From Candidatus Spongiisociaceae bacterium (lineage in GTDB: Bacteria; Actinomycetota; Acidimicrobiia; Spongiisociales; Spongiisociaceae), in NCBI GenBank assembly GCA_965202675.1, contig OZ241842.1:899188-963187 (forward strand): a DNA stretch of 64,000 nucleotides. Direction: 5' to 3'. Position numbers and translations under genes: made by a program. Position 1 is the first letter of the stretch. Each line of letters begins with the position of its first letter. Below are positions 9,355 through 21,085 of the stretch, piece by piece. Below the pieces are notes generated by a model. It worked only from the letters and a program-made list of their open reading frames with translations. It was not told the DNA's origin and searched no databases.

Positions 9355-12045
9355 ATGAACAACCAATCCAACGGCAACCCTTTCGGGTCGGAAGCCGTCA
9401 TCCCGACGCCCCTGGGCGTCCGCACCGTCCACCGCCTCGACGCCCTCAGGGACCTGGGCGACCTCGACGCCATGCCCTATTCGATCAAGGTGCTGGCCGA
9501 AGCCGCCCTGCGCACCTACGACGGCCGGACGGTCGCCGACGAGGACATCCTGGCCCTGGCCTCCTACGACGGCGCCAAGGCCGCCGAAGCCGGGGCGGAG
9601 ATCCCCTTCTCGCCCGGTCGAGTGGTGCTGCAGGACTTCACGGGCATCCCGGCCCTGGCCGACCTGGCCTCCATGCGGGACGCCATCGTGCGGATGACGG
9701 GCGACCCGGCCGCCGCCGCCAAGGTCAACCCGCTCGTCCCCTGCGACTTGGTGATCGACCATTCGGTGCAGGTGGACGCCTTCGCCTCCAGCTCCGCCCT
9801 GCTCATCAACTCGCAACGGGAATTCGAACGCAACCGGGAGCGCTACGAATTCCTGAAGTGGGGGCAGTCGGCCTTCGACAACTTCCGGGTGGTGCCTCCC
9901 GCCACCGGCATCGTCCACCAGGTCAACCTGGAATACCTGGCCAAGGTGGTCTGGGACGACGGAACGACCCTCTACCCCGATTCTCTGGTGGGAACCGACT
10001 CCCACACCACCATGATCAACGGCCTGGGGGTCCTGGGCTGGGGCGTGGGGGGCATCGAAGCGGAGGCGGCCATGGTGGGGCGGCCCATCTCCATGCTGGT
10101 GCCGGAGGTGGTCGGCGTCCGCCTCACCGGACGGCTCCCGGAGGGGGCCACCGCCACCGACCTGGTGCTGCGCATCACCGAGCTGCTGCGCCGGCGCGGG
10201 GTGGTGGGGCGCTTCGTGGAGTTCCACGGACCGGGGCTGGACTCCATGCCGGTGGCCAACCGGGCGACCATCGCCAACATGGCCCCCGAATACGGCGCCA
10301 CCTGCGGTTTCTTCCCGGTCGACCGCCAGACCCTGGCCTATCTGGAGCTGACCGGACGCCCGCCCGAGCTGATCGAGGCCGTCGAGCAGTACACCAGGCT
10401 GCAGGGCATGTGGAGAGACGACTCCCGCGAGATCGTCTACTCGTCGGCGCTCGAGCTGGATATGAGCCGCATCGAGCCGTCCCTGGCCGGACCGCGCCGC
10501 CCCCAGGACCGCATCGCCCTGTCGGAAATGAAGGAGCAGTGGCGGCGGGACCTGGGTTCTACGTTCGCGGGGCACGGCCATCCCGAAGGAGCGAAAGAGG
10601 TGGAATCCGGCGGGGAGGTGTTCGACCTGGCCGACGGGGCGGTGGTAATCGCCGCCATCACCAGCTGCACCAACACCTCCAACCCGGAGGTAATGGTGGG
10701 GGCGGGGCTGCTGGCCCGCAAGGCGCGGCGGCTGGGCCTCACCCGCAAGCCCTGGGTCAAGACCTCCTTGGCGCCCGGCTCCAAGGTGGTAACCGAGTAT
10801 CTGGATAGAGCCGGGCTCACCGAAGACCTGGAGGCGGCGGGGTTCTTCACAGTGGGGTACGGGTGCACCACCTGCATCGGCAACTCCGGCCCCCTGCCGG
10901 ACGCCATCGCCGCCGCCATAGACGGACACGACCTGGTGGCGGCTTCCGTGCTGTCGGGCAACCGCAACTTCGAGGGGAGGATCAGCCCCCGCGTCAGGGC
11001 CAACTACCTGGCCTCGCCGCCCCTGGTGGTGGCCTACGCCCTGGCGGGCACGGTCGACATCGACCTGGCTTCCGAACCGCTGGGGCAGGACCAGGACGGC
11101 AATGACGTGTTCCTGGCGGATCTGTGGCCGGACCCTTCCGAAACCGCCGCCATCGTCGCCGGTTCCATCTCCCCCGAACAGTTCAGGGAGCAGTACGCCA
11201 CCGTGTTCGAGGGGCCGCCCGAATGGCGGGAGATCGCGGCCGAGCCCTCCGCCCTCTACCGGTGGAACCCGGACAGCACCTACATCCAGCCGCCGCCCTT
11301 CTTCGACGGGCTTACCGCCGAACCGGGCGCCATAGAACCCATCTCAGGAGCGCGGGTGCTGGTCATGGCGGGCGACTCGGTTACCACCGACCACATCTCG
11401 CCGGCCGGTCCGATCTCCGCCGACTCCCCGGCCGGGCGGTACCTGTTGGAGGCGGGGGTGCCGGAGCTGATGTTCAACAGCTACGGCTCCCGCCGGGGCA
11501 ACGACCGGGTGATGGCGCGGGGAACCTTCGCCAACGTGCGGGTGCGCAACCGCCTGGCGCCGGGAACCGAGGGCGGGTGGACCACCGACTTCACCGACGG
11601 GAAAGTCAAGGCCATCTACGAGGCCGCCGTGCGGTACAAGGCGGAAGGCGTCCCCACCATCGTCCTGGCGGGCGACGACTACGGCATGGGGTCCAGCCGG
11701 GACTGGGCCGCCAAGGGGCCGCACCTGCTGGGGGTGCGGGCGGTGATCGCCGGGTCCTACGAGCGCATCCACCGCTCCAACCTGGTCGGGATGGGGATCC
11801 TGCCCCTCCAGTTCATGCCGGGCGAGAGCGCCGAGGCGCTGGGCCTGGACGGCGCCGAGACCTTCGACATCCCGGTCGACAACGGCTTGGCCCCCCGCCA
11901 GGAACTGGAGGTAACGGCCGCCCGCCCGGACGGAACCGCCGTCCGCTTCACCGCCCTGGTGCGGGTCGACACCCCCGTGGAGGCGGACTACTACCGCAAC
12001 GGCGGCATCCTCCACACCGTCCTGAAAGAGATGGCCTCCGAGTAA
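9355..12045 (+). CDS. acnA: Aconitate hydratase A
   Basis: 896 aa with full-length aconitase signatures (…[25 protein letters not shown]…, …SGNRNFEGR…). Confidence 0.95.
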   Translation: MNNQSNGNPFGSEAVIPTPLGVRTVHRLDALRDLGDLDAMPYSIKVLAEAALRTYDGRTVADEDILALASYDGAKAAEAGAEIPFSPGRVVLQDFTGIPALADLASMRDAIVRMTGDPAAAAKVNPLVPCDLVIDHSVQVDAFASSSALLINSQREFERNRERYEFLKWGQSAFDNFRVVPPATGIVHQVNLEYLAKVVWDDGTTLYPDSLVGTDSHTTMINGLGVLGWGVGGIEAEAAMVGRPISMLVPEVVGVRLTGRLPEGATATDLVLRITELLRRRGVVGRFVEFHGPGLDSMPVANRATIANMAPEYGATCGFFPVDRQTLAYLELTGRPPELIEAVEQYTRLQGMWRDDSREIVYSSALELDMSRIEPSLAGPRRPQDRIALSEMKEQWRRDLGSTFAGHGHPEGAKEVESGGEVFDLADGAVVIAAITSCTNTSNPEVMVGAGLLARKARRLGLTRKPWVKTSLAPGSKVVTEYLDRAGLTEDLEAAGFFTVGYGCTTCIGNSGPLPDAIAAAIDGHDLVAASVLSGNRNFEGRISPRVRANYLASPPLVVAYALAGTVDIDLASEPLGQDQDGNDVFLADLWPDPSETAAIVAGSISPEQFREQYATVFEGPPEWREIAAEPSALYRWNPDSTYIQPPPFFDGLTAEPGAIEPISGARVLVMAGDSVTTDHISPAGPISADSPAGRYLLEAGVPELMFNSYGSRRGNDRVMARGTFANVRVRNRLAPGTEGGWTTDFTDGKVKAIYEAAVRYKAEGVPTIVLAGDDYGMGSSRDWAAKGPHLLGVRAVIAGSYERIHRSNLVGMGILPLQFMPGESAEALGLDGAETFDIPVDNGLAPRQELEVTAARPDGTAVRFTALVRVDTPVEADYYRNGGILHTVLKEMASE

Positions 12046-12049
12046 CAGC

Positions 12050-13130
12050 CGCCCGCCGCCTAGGTGTGCAGCTCGGGTAGGTTGTCCCCGGTGAGGGCTT
12101 GTAGGGTTTCGATGGGTGTGGCCCATCCGAGTGCTCCGTGGGGCCGGTGGTGATTGTAGTAGTGGATGTAGTGATGGAAGGCTTCATGGCGTTGTTGTTC
12201 TGAGGTCCAGGGCTGGATGTAGGCCCATTCCTCGAGCAGGGTGCGGTGGAAGCGTTCGATCTTGCCGTTGGTCTGGGGCCGGTAGGGGCGGGTGTGTTTG
12301 GGTTTGACGCCGAGCCGGGCGCAGGTCTGGGCCCATAGCCCTGATCGGTAGCAGGGGCCGTTGTCGGTGAGGACCCGCTCCGTTTGGATGCCTTGCCGGT
12401 TGAACTCCCAGACGGTGCGTTCCAGGAACCCCGCCGCGGTGGCGGCGGTTTCGTCTCCGTGGATTTCGGCGTGCCATGCTCGGGTGCGGTCGTCGAGAGC
12501 GGAGTGGATGTATCGGTATCCGACCCTCTGGGAGGGCCCCGCTTTGCCCCGGCCGTGGGCGTGCCAGCCGCCTCCGTCGGGGATGCCGGCCAGTTTTTTG
12601 ATGTCGATATGAACCAGCTCGCCAGGCCGTTCACGCTGGTAACGCACCACCTGCTGCTGCTGTGGGGCGGCTCGGTCGCCCTGGTCGAGGCGGCCCAGCC
12701 CGGCGTCGGTGATTATCCGATGAACCGTCGAGGCCGCCAGCCCGGTCTGATAGCCGATCCGGGCCGGCCCCCACCGGTACCCCACCCGCAGGCGCCGCAC
12801 CTCAGCGGCTACCCCATCCGGGGTCCGGGCAGGCGACCGACGCGGCCGCGACGACCGGTCCAGCAGCCCGTCCGGGCCTTCCTCCAGGTAGCGGTCCCGC
12901 CATTTACGCACCGTTTTGGGATCGACCTGGTAGCGCTCGGCCGCGGCCGCTACCGGCCAGCCCTGGTCCGTGACCAGCTTCACCATCGCCGCCCGGCCCC
13001 TCGGCGTCAGGGACGCGTTCGGGTGCTGTGCTGTAGCCTTGCTCATGTGAGCCCTCCTTTCAGACAGGTTTAAGTACCCCGTATTCTGACTCGGAGGGCT
13101 CACCCAACCAACGACCCATCAAGCCACCCC
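12050..13130 (-). mobile_element. IS481-family insertion sequence (boundaries approximate)
   Basis: Contains a single DDE transposase. It lies within about 15 bp of the acnA stop. There is a short hairpin (gtgagccctcc/ggagggctcac) around the transposase start. The terminal inverted repeats were not resolved. Confidence 0.6.
12060..13046 (-). CDS. IS481-family DDE transposase (integrase core)
   Basis: An HTH N-terminus followed by an rve integrase core (…HIDIKKL…YIHSALDD…TDNGPCY…). An ATG at 13044-13046 is preferred over the ORF-track start. Confidence 0.8.
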   Translation of the reverse strand: MSKATAQHPNASLTPRGRAAMVKLVTDQGWPVAAAAERYQVDPKTVRKWRDRYLEEGPDGLLDRSSRPRRSPARTPDGVAAEVRRLRVGYRWGPARIGYQTGLAASTVHRIITDAGLGRLDQGDRAAPQQQQVVRYQRERPGELVHIDIKKLAGIPDGGGWHAHGRGKAGPSQRVGYRYIHSALDDRTRAWHAEIHGDETAATAAGFLERTVWEFNRQGIQTERVLTDNGPCYRSGLWAQTCARLGVKPKHTRPYRPQTNGKIERFHRTLLEEWAYIQPWTSEQQRHEAFHHYIHYYNHHRPHGALGWATPIETLQALTGDNLPELHT

Positions 13131-13299
13131 CCAGCCGGGGGGTGGAAACACACCAGCTCCTCCCCCAAACAGGGACAACCTCCCCGAATATCACACCTAG
13201 GACAGCCGAACCAGCCAGCCCGTTATTCCCCGACCCGAGGCGGCGGCAACCGCTCGGACAACCGGACGCAGCCGAGACAACCTCCGATATCCCCGAAGC

Positions 13300-13632
13300 C
13301 CGTGAAAAACACCGCTCTTGCGAAACCCTCCCCCGCTGAACCCCCTGTTGAACCCCCTTTTCCCACCAAGATCACCCCTTGAGACCGCGAAAACCCCCGC
13401 GCCCACGCCCGGCTCCGCCGGGATCCCTCCCCCGCCACCGCCGCCGCCGGCGGATCTCGCACCGGGCCGCGGGGGCCCGACCGGCCCCCGGGTCGGGGCC
13501 GGGCGAAAATCCTTCGATCTATGACCGCCGCACACTCCAGGATCCGGCGGCGGTGTTTGCGCTCAGGCCCCTTCTTTGTACAACATTTCGGGGCCGTCGT
13601 CTAGAGGTTGTCCGGAAGAATTTTTCGCGGAC
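13300..13632 (+). repeat. Interspersed repeat element copy 4 (type B tail)
   Basis: Shares the 5' half with the type A copies. Its distinct tail …tttgtacaacatttcggggccgtcgtctagaggttgtccggaagaatttttcgcg… is shared with copy 5. Confidence 0.75.
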
Positions 13633-13886
13633 TCCCCCGGGGCCCGCCGGCGGAGGCCGCAACCGGTCACGGACCGGACGAACGGGCGGCGCCGAAATCG
13701 GAACGGGTTGCTCCCCGGGTCAGGTCAGGACGGTGCGGATCCGGGGCAGCGAACGCCCTTGACCGAACTGCCCTACAACGCCTTGCCGGCATTTGCCCGG
13801 CGGGTCGGGATGATCAACGACACCACGGCCGGCATCCCGGGTCGGCCGCCGGATCAAACCCGCCGGCCGCCCGGAACCAACCCCGC

Positions 13887-14162
13887 CTAGGTGTTTACGG
13901 AATCTTTGAGCCCCTTGGCGGCCTTGAAAGCCGGTGCCTTGCTCGCCGGAATGGCTACGGCTTCCCCGGTGCGGGGGTTGCGGCCCATCCTGGCCTGGCG
14001 CTCCCGCACGGAGAAAGTGCCGAATCCGGCGATCTGGACCCGGTCGCCGTCCTTGAGGGCCGCGGCTACGGCGTTGAATAGAGAATCGACCGCCGCCGCG
14101 GCGTTCGATCTGGTCAGGTCGGTCTCGTAGGCCACGATGTGGGCTAGGTCGCGTTTGTTCAT
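13887..14162 (-). CDS. hupB: HU-family DNA-binding protein
   Basis: MNKRDLAHIVA…RVQIAGFGTFSVRERQARMGRNPRTGEAVAIPA is the canonical HU fold sequence. Confidence 0.9.
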   Translation of the reverse strand: MNKRDLAHIVAYETDLTRSNAAAAVDSLFNAVAAALKDGDRVQIAGFGTFSVRERQARMGRNPRTGEAVAIPASKAPAFKAAKGLKDSVNT

Positions 14163-14297
14163 TTCACTCCCATCCTCCGCCCCTGGGGGCCCCTTGCCTG
14201 CGGGTCAACCGGACATCCACAGGCTGTAGGAATCAGCTGTTCCGAGTATACATCCCCTGTGCGGCAAAGTCAGGCCGGGCGGCGGAGGAAATACCGG

Positions 14298-15254
14298 TCA
14301 GCCGCCCGCCCGCAAGCCGTCCAGCTCGGCCGCCTTGGCAGAAACCGCCTCGGCGGCGGCGGACAGATCGGCCATTTCCCGGTCGGTAAGCGCCAGCTCC
14401 ACCACCTCCTCCACCCCCCCGGCGCCGAGGCGGGCGGGAACCCCCAGGTAGACATCGGAAACGCCGTACTGCCCGGTCAGCCAGGCGCACACCGGCATCA
14501 CCCGCCGCTCGTCATCTACAACAGCCCGGGCCATGGCGGCCGCCGCCGAGGAGGGCGCGTAGTAGGCGCTGCCGGTCTTGAGCAGCCCCACGATCTCCGC
14601 CCCTCCTTCCCGGGTGCGCTCCACCAAGGCCTCGATCTCGTCGGGGGGAAGCAACTCGGTCAACGCAACGCCCGCCACGGAGCACTGCGAGGGAACCGGC
14701 ACCATGGTCTCCCCGTGGCTCCCGAGCGTCAGCGCCCGCACCTCCAGGATGTCGACGTCGAGGCGCTCGGCAATGAAATGGGCGAAGCGGGACGAATCAA
14801 GGACGCCGGCCTGCCCCATCACCCGGCGGCGGGGAAGACCGCTCACCTCCGCGGCCAACTGGGTCATCTGGTCGAGGGGGTTGGTTACCACCATGATGGT
14901 GACACCGGGGGAACGCTCCACCAGTTCCCTGGTTACCTGCTCCACGATCCGGGCGTTGACGGCCAGCAGATCCATCCGCGACATACCCGGTTTGCGGGGC
15001 AGGCCGGCGGTGATGATCGCCGCATCGCTGCCCGCCGTGGCGTCGTAGTCGTTGGCGCCGACCACCCGGGTGCGGTAGCGCTCGACGGGCCGGGACTGGT
15101 TCATATCGAGCGCCAGACCCTGGGGCAGGCCCTCCACGATGTCGGTCATCACCACCTCGTCGGCGATGTCCCAGGCGGCCAGGCGCTGGACGGTGGCCGA
15201 CCCGTACTTGCCGGCCCCCACCACCGTGATCTTCTTGGAATCTCCGGCGCCCAT
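14298..15254 (-). CDS. mdh: Malate dehydrogenase (LDH-like family)
   Basis: KITVVGAGKYGSATV… Rossmann fold with MDH signature. The start is probably at the internal Met (MGAGDSKK…). Confidence 0.9.
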   Translation of the reverse strand: MGAGDSKKITVVGAGKYGSATVQRLAAWDIADEVVMTDIVEGLPQGLALDMNQSRPVERYRTRVVGANDYDATAGSDAAIITAGLPRKPGMSRMDLLAVNARIVEQVTRELVERSPGVTIMVVTNPLDQMTQLAAEVSGLPRRRVMGQAGVLDSSRFAHFIAERLDVDILEVRALTLGSHGETMVPVPSQCSVAGVALTELLPPDEIEALVERTREGGAEIVGLLKTGSAYYAPSSAAAAMARAVVDDERRVMPVCAWLTGQYGVSDVYLGVPARLGAGGVEEVVELALTDREMADLSAAAEAVSAKAAELDGLRAGG

Positions 15255-15410
15255 GCCAGGCCCTCCCAACTGCGCGGCTGCGGCCCGCCCGCGATTCTAT
15301 ATGTACGGGCGCGATATCTATTCCCCTCCGGTTTTCGGGGGAAATCCGCCCCGTCCGGAGGAAGGGCCGCGGCCCGCCGGCGCGCCGGTGAAGAAACCGG
15401 CCGCCCGCTA

Positions 15411-16655
<1,245 letters not shown>

Positions 16656-16755
16656 GTTTCCGTATTAGCCTGCCGAGGTTAGTTCCATCCGGCCCGGCGG
16701 GTGAATTCCGGAAATCTACATCCGGGGCGGGGCGGGCGCCGGGTATCCTGGGCGG

Positions 16756-17829
16756 ATGGCGCCTTCCCTCCGGCTGGCGGAGCTGCGCATCCCCCTGCGC
16801 CGTCCTTTCACCAACGCCCGGCGGACGGTCGCCGAGCGGGGATTGGTGCTGGTGGGGATTACCGAGGCGGGGGCGACCGGCTGGGGGGAGGCCGCTCCGT
16901 TTCCGGGAATGACCGCCGAGAGCGTGACCGAGGTGTGGGAGGCGCTGCGCGACCGGGCGGGAAGGGTGCTGCACGGGGATCTGTCGGGGCTTCCGGCCAC
17001 CGGCGCGGCGGCGGCCGATCAGGCCCGGTCGGATTGGAAAGCCCGGATGGACGGAACCCCCCTGGGCGGGCGGGCAGCGGGCGGAGGTCGGCGGGCGCGG
17101 GCCTGCGCGGCGGTAGGCCTGGAACAGTCGCCCGACGAGACGGTGCGGCGGGTGGGGGAGGCCGTGGAAGCAGGGATCCGGCAGGTGAAGATCAAGATCG
17201 AGCCGGGCCGCGACCTCGACTGGCTGAGGGCGGTGAGCGCCGGCTTTCCCGAGATCTCGGCGGCGGCCGACGCCAACGGAAGCTACGAGGAGGACGACCC
17301 GATCCTGGAGAAGTTGGACGGCCTGTCGCTCGCCTATCTGGAACAGCCCCTGGCGGCCGGCGACCTGGACGGGAGCCGTCTGCTGAGCGCCCGGCTCGAG
17401 ACCCCGATCTGCCTGGACGAATCGTCGTCTTCGCCGGCGGGGGCGGAGGAGGCCGTAGCCCGCCGGGCGGCAGACATGGTGAGCCTTAAACCCGGTCTGC
17501 TGGGCGCCGCCGGAGCGCGCCGGATGGCGGAGCGGGCGGAAGCGGCCGGCATGGCGGTCAAGATCGGCGGCCTGATGGAAACTTCCGTGGGACGCGCCCA
17601 CGCCCTCGCCCTGGCCGCTGCGGCGGCGGACGCAGGACCGCCCTCCATCCGGTTCACCGACCTGGTCCCGCCCCGGCTGCTGCTGGCCGCCGACGTGTCA
17701 CCCCACCCCTGGAACCTGACCGACGGCTTCCTGACCGCCTCCGACGGCCCCGGCCTGGGCCTCGACGTGGACCTCTCCGAAGCCGAAGCCGCCGGTTGCG
17801 TGGTCCGCATCGAAACCTTCACGGCCTGA
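16756..17829 (+). CDS. Enolase-superfamily enzyme (mandelate racemase/muconate lactonizing family; possibly o-succinylbenzoate synthase-like)
   Basis: Length and metal-ligand spacing resemble the MR/MLE fold (KIKIEPGRDLDW…DANGSY…LEQP…CLDES). Confidence 0.6.
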   Translation: MAPSLRLAELRIPLRRPFTNARRTVAERGLVLVGITEAGATGWGEAAPFPGMTAESVTEVWEALRDRAGRVLHGDLSGLPATGAAAADQARSDWKARMDGTPLGGRAAGGGRRARACAAVGLEQSPDETVRRVGEAVEAGIRQVKIKIEPGRDLDWLRAVSAGFPEISAAADANGSYEEDDPILEKLDGLSLAYLEQPLAAGDLDGSRLLSARLETPICLDESSSSPAGAEEAVARRAADMVSLKPGLLGAAGARRMAERAEAAGMAVKIGGLMETSVGRAHALALAAAAADAGPPSIRFTDLVPPRLLLAADVSPHPWNLTDGFLTASDGPGLGLDVDLSEAEAAGCVVRIETFTA

Positions 17830-17844
17830 CCTCCGCCAGGACGG

Positions 17845-19173
17845 CTACGACACCTCGAAGAGCTCCCGCAATCGTTCGGCCGCGGGAGTAAACCGGTATT
17901 CCCTGCCCACTTTGCGCCGCTCCAGCAGCCCCTGCCCGCATAGTTCCATCAGGTCGCCGTGGGCGGTCGGGTAGGTGATCTTGTAGGTGTTCTGGTGCGA
18001 CTTGATGGTGAATGTCTCGTAGGGCCGGCGCAGGGCGCGGCTCAACAGATCGATCTGCCGGTGGTTGAAGTCCCGATCACCGCGCAGGGACTGCTCGGCT
18101 CGGCGCACCTCGGCCGCTTTGGCCTCCAGGTAATTCCATAGCTCTTCGATGGCTCTGCGGAGGATTTCCAGCTGATGGAGAAGGAAGTAGGTGAAGTCGG
18201 CCTCGTCGGTCTCCGTGCGGACGAAGGCCTTCGTGTATTGAGCCGGCGCCCGACGGAGCAACCGGGAGATGGAGAGGTACTCGGCCAGTCAGTACCCCTG
18301 CCGCAGGAGGGAACGGTAGAACAGCGCTCGCGCCGTCCGTCCGTTCCCATCCACGAAGGGATGCAGATAGGCCAGGTAGAAATGCAGGGCGACAGCCCGC
18401 ACCACCGGGTGCACGAAGGGTTCCGGCGGTTCGCCGTTGGCGAAGGACACGAGCAGATCGATCCGTTGCGGCAGATCGTCGGCCGAAGGGGGTACGAATA
18501 TCGGATCGGGATCCTGGAAGTCGCCCACTACCACCCGTTCCTCCCCTGGCTGCTGGATGCGTCCGGCGTCTTCCGGACGGTCCAGAGTTCCTTCGGTAAC
18601 TTTTCGGTGTATGTCCAATATCGTTTCAACCGTCAACGGAGTTTCGGGATCGCGGCGGATTTCCTGCATTGTCCGATAGTTGTTCACCACCATGTGCTCG
18701 GCGTTGTTGGTCGGAGGCTTGCCCGAGCGGAGCAACTGTCTGGCATCCCGGCGGGTGGTGGCAGCCCCTTCGAGCAGGCTGGAAGCAATCGCCTCCTCCA
18801 TCAGGCTCGAAGCTACGTAGCGGTTTCTGTCTCTGGGGTCGATCACATCTTCGGGCAAACCGATGCGTCCGGCGGCTTGCTGGTCGATCTGGTGCAACAG
18901 CGAGTGCACCTCGTCGGTCAGCACGTAGCTGAAGGGATGCTCCAGGGAGTCGGTGAGCGGCAACAACCGCCGTCCTTGCAGCCGCGCGAACTTGATGCCG
19001 AGCCCCTCATCCACCACAGCTTCCAGGCCCAGCCGGTCCATCAACGTAGCTGCTGTCAGCAGCCCCGCATCCGCTACCAGCGACTCGTCGTTGAAAACCA
19101 CCTCCAAGCGGTCGATTTTGTGCGATACTGCGCTCACAGGAAGTGTCTCCTCGTCCAAGGCCGAAGCCGCCAT
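17845..19173 (-). pseudogene. fic: Fic/Doc-family protein, disrupted: in-frame TGA at a conserved Trp position plus an N-terminus replaced by an IS1380 transposase fragment
   Basis: Fic motif HPFVDGNGRTARAL. The reading frame continues …RQGY*LAEYLSISRLLRRAPAQY… across a TGA at 18289-18291. Its first about 60 aa are nearly identical to the N-terminus of the IS1380 transposase at 20742-20922. Confidence 0.6.
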
Positions 19174-19275
19174 TGCGTACGGCTATTATCCCAGGTCAGA
19201 GAGACACTTCCCAACATTTCAGCCCCAAAACCCCACACCCCATCGGTGGATTCAGGTTTAGAGCGTTAGCGGATA
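19000..19275 (-). mobile_element. Solo copy of the IS1380-family left end (IR + 5' UTR + first about 45 codons of transposase)
   Basis: Near-identical to 20790-21058. The 19243-19275 terminal sequence forms a 33-bp inverted repeat with 19378-19410. Confidence 0.7.
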
Positions 19276-19425
19276 GGGGATGACCTGGCCATTCCGTCGG
19301 CGAACGCAGCGCTCTGCCGCCCATGCTCACCAGGTAGAACCATCCAACAGTTTACTCGTGCCAGGATCCTCCCGGCTCCCTATCCGCTAAGCCTCTTAGC
19401 CTGAATCCACCGTTTTGTTGGCGGG

Positions 19426-19620
19426 GTGTGCTGGTTTGTGGGGTGGTGGGGTGTTTGGGGTGTCGGGGTGGGTTGGTTGCTCGGTTGTTTGGGGGGTTTC
19501 GGCGGGAATGCGGGGGTGTCGGGGGTTTGTGCGGCTGGTTTAGGGGTGGTTGGGGTGGTTTGGGCGTGTGTGTTTCAGGGTGGGGTGTTCACCGGCGGTG
19601 GGCGGGCGGGGTCAGCAGAG
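19426..19620. repeat. GT-rich low-complexity tract (GGGGT/GGTT-type), G-quadruplex-prone
   Basis: About 200 bp made almost only of G and T on the + strand, inside the 3' region of the IS1380 element. Confidence 0.8.
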
Positions 19621-20922
19621 TTGGGGTAAGGCGCGGAGGTTGTCGAGGATGGTCTGGTAGGTGCGGGCCCAGGGCCATCGGGCGGGGAGGCGGAGCAGGA
19701 AGCGGCCTCTGTGGTTGACAACGCGGCCGGGAATGCGGTAGAGACGGACTCTGACGGTGCGTCCGACGGTGAGCACCCCGGCTGGTTGGACGCCGCCCGG
19801 GGTGTTTGATCCATCGGATCAGGTTGTAGGCGAGCACCGCGCAGGCAAGCCAGCCGGCGTTGGCGTTGAACCCCCCGGAGGCAGGTGAGCGAGGCCGCCT
19901 TCTTTGAGATCGCGGACAGCGAGCTCAACGGATGCGTGACCGCGGTGCACCCGGTCCGCTTCGACGGCAGGCAGATCGGTGTCGGTGGCGAAGGCGTGGT
20001 ACCCCGGGCGGTCCAGATCTGGGCTTGGTGTCCGACCAGCCGGGTTCGGCGGACCACCAGCCGCAGGGGTTCGGCAGGCCCGCCGATGAGCGTCTCCGCT
20101 GCCTGGGCTGCGCCGGTTTCGGTGTATTCGATAGACTCCCAGGCGGTTTCGGGGATCGCTTCGATAGCTGCTCTGACATTGGGGTAGAGGGGAATGGTTA
20201 TCGACCAGCGCACCCCCAAGCCGCCCAGCTGTTCGATCAGGCCATGCGACCAGAACCCGGCGTCGGCCCGCACCGTGATCTCCCCCGCCGCGCCCGCGCG
20301 GCGGACGCGGCCGACGGCCTCGGCAACAAAGTGAGCGTTGCCCTGCTGTGACGCCCCGCCCCGGAGGCGGGCCGCCACTATTTCGCCGGTGTCGGCCCTG
20401 ACTGCCAACAGGGGGTGGTAACCCAACCGGTTGGTGTAACCGTAGGCGGCGCCTTGTTTGGTTTTGCCCGACACTTCACAAATCGTGGAATCCACATCAA
20501 TCGTCACCGGCCCCCCGTCTGCGAGGCCGCCGCCCGCCGTCCACGCCCGCCGCAGCGCCTCGGTCAGGGCTTTGCCCCGGCTGACGGACATGACCCCAGG
20601 TCAAAGACCGCAGAAAAGTCCCCACCGTTGAAGCCGCCACCGGCCTAAACGGCAGCACCTCCCCGGTGGAACCAGCCCGCAGCCGGTCGGCGTGGTCGAT
20701 ATGCGAACCCCCCAGCAACATCGACGCGACCAAGGTCAACACCTTACGGCCCGGCCTTGCGCCGCCCGCACGGCCGCCGAGGCGGACCACCTCATCCACC
20801 ACATCCTCCAAGCCCAGCCGGTCCATCAACGTCGACGCTGTCAGCAACCCCGCATCCGCTACCAGCGACTCGTCGTCGAAAACCGGCTCCAAGCGGTCGA
20901 TTTTGTGCGATACTCTACTCAC
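19589..20922 (-). pseudogene. IS1380-family transposase, broken by at least 2 frameshifts
   Basis: N-terminal part 20497-20922 (MSRVSHKIDRLEPVFDDESLVADAGLL…GGSHIDHADRLRAG…) and middle part 19575-20591 (…GKTKQGAAYGYTNRLGYHPLL…) overlap in different frames. The C-terminal motif LAYNLIRW lies in a third frame (19589-19837). Confidence 0.7.
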
Positions 20923-21085
20923 AGGAAGTGCCTCCTCGTCCAGGGCCGAAACCGTTGATACATACGGCTATTATCCCAGGTCAGAGAGGCACTTCCCAAC
21001 ATTTCAGCCCCAAAACCCCACACCCCATCGGTGGATTCAGGCTTAGAGGTCGGGGTGCCCGGCGCGCGGCCTCCGCTCGGGTTTA

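Larger units (their letters stand above)
19378..21058 (-). mobile_element. IS1380-family insertion sequence (about 1.68 kb) with degenerate transposase
   Basis: Terminal inverted repeats …cctcttagcctgaatccac (19378-19410) and gtggattcaggcttagagg (about 21038-21058). It is inserted immediately downstream of folD. Confidence 0.7.

Noticed and set aside
13560-13640. tRNA-like string …cggggccgtcgtctagaggttgtccgg… in the type B repeat tail (resembles a tRNA-Glu D-arm)
   Set aside because: There is no T-loop (GTTCGAATC-like) and no acceptor stem pairing, and the same string recurs in repeat copy 5. It is part of the interspersed repeat, not a tRNA.
18289-18291. In-frame TGA in fic read as selenocysteine
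   Set aside because: There is no SECIS-like hairpin immediately downstream and no selenoprotein context. The position corresponds to a conserved Trp, so TGG to TGA is the parsimonious explanation.
19426-19718. Gly/Trp/Val-rich ORFs (19426-19629, 19428-19718) as possible glycine-rich proteins
   Set aside because: They are encoded by the GT-only low-complexity tract inside the IS1380 3' region and have no start or RBS context. They are more likely non-coding, or the degenerate transposase tail on the other strand.
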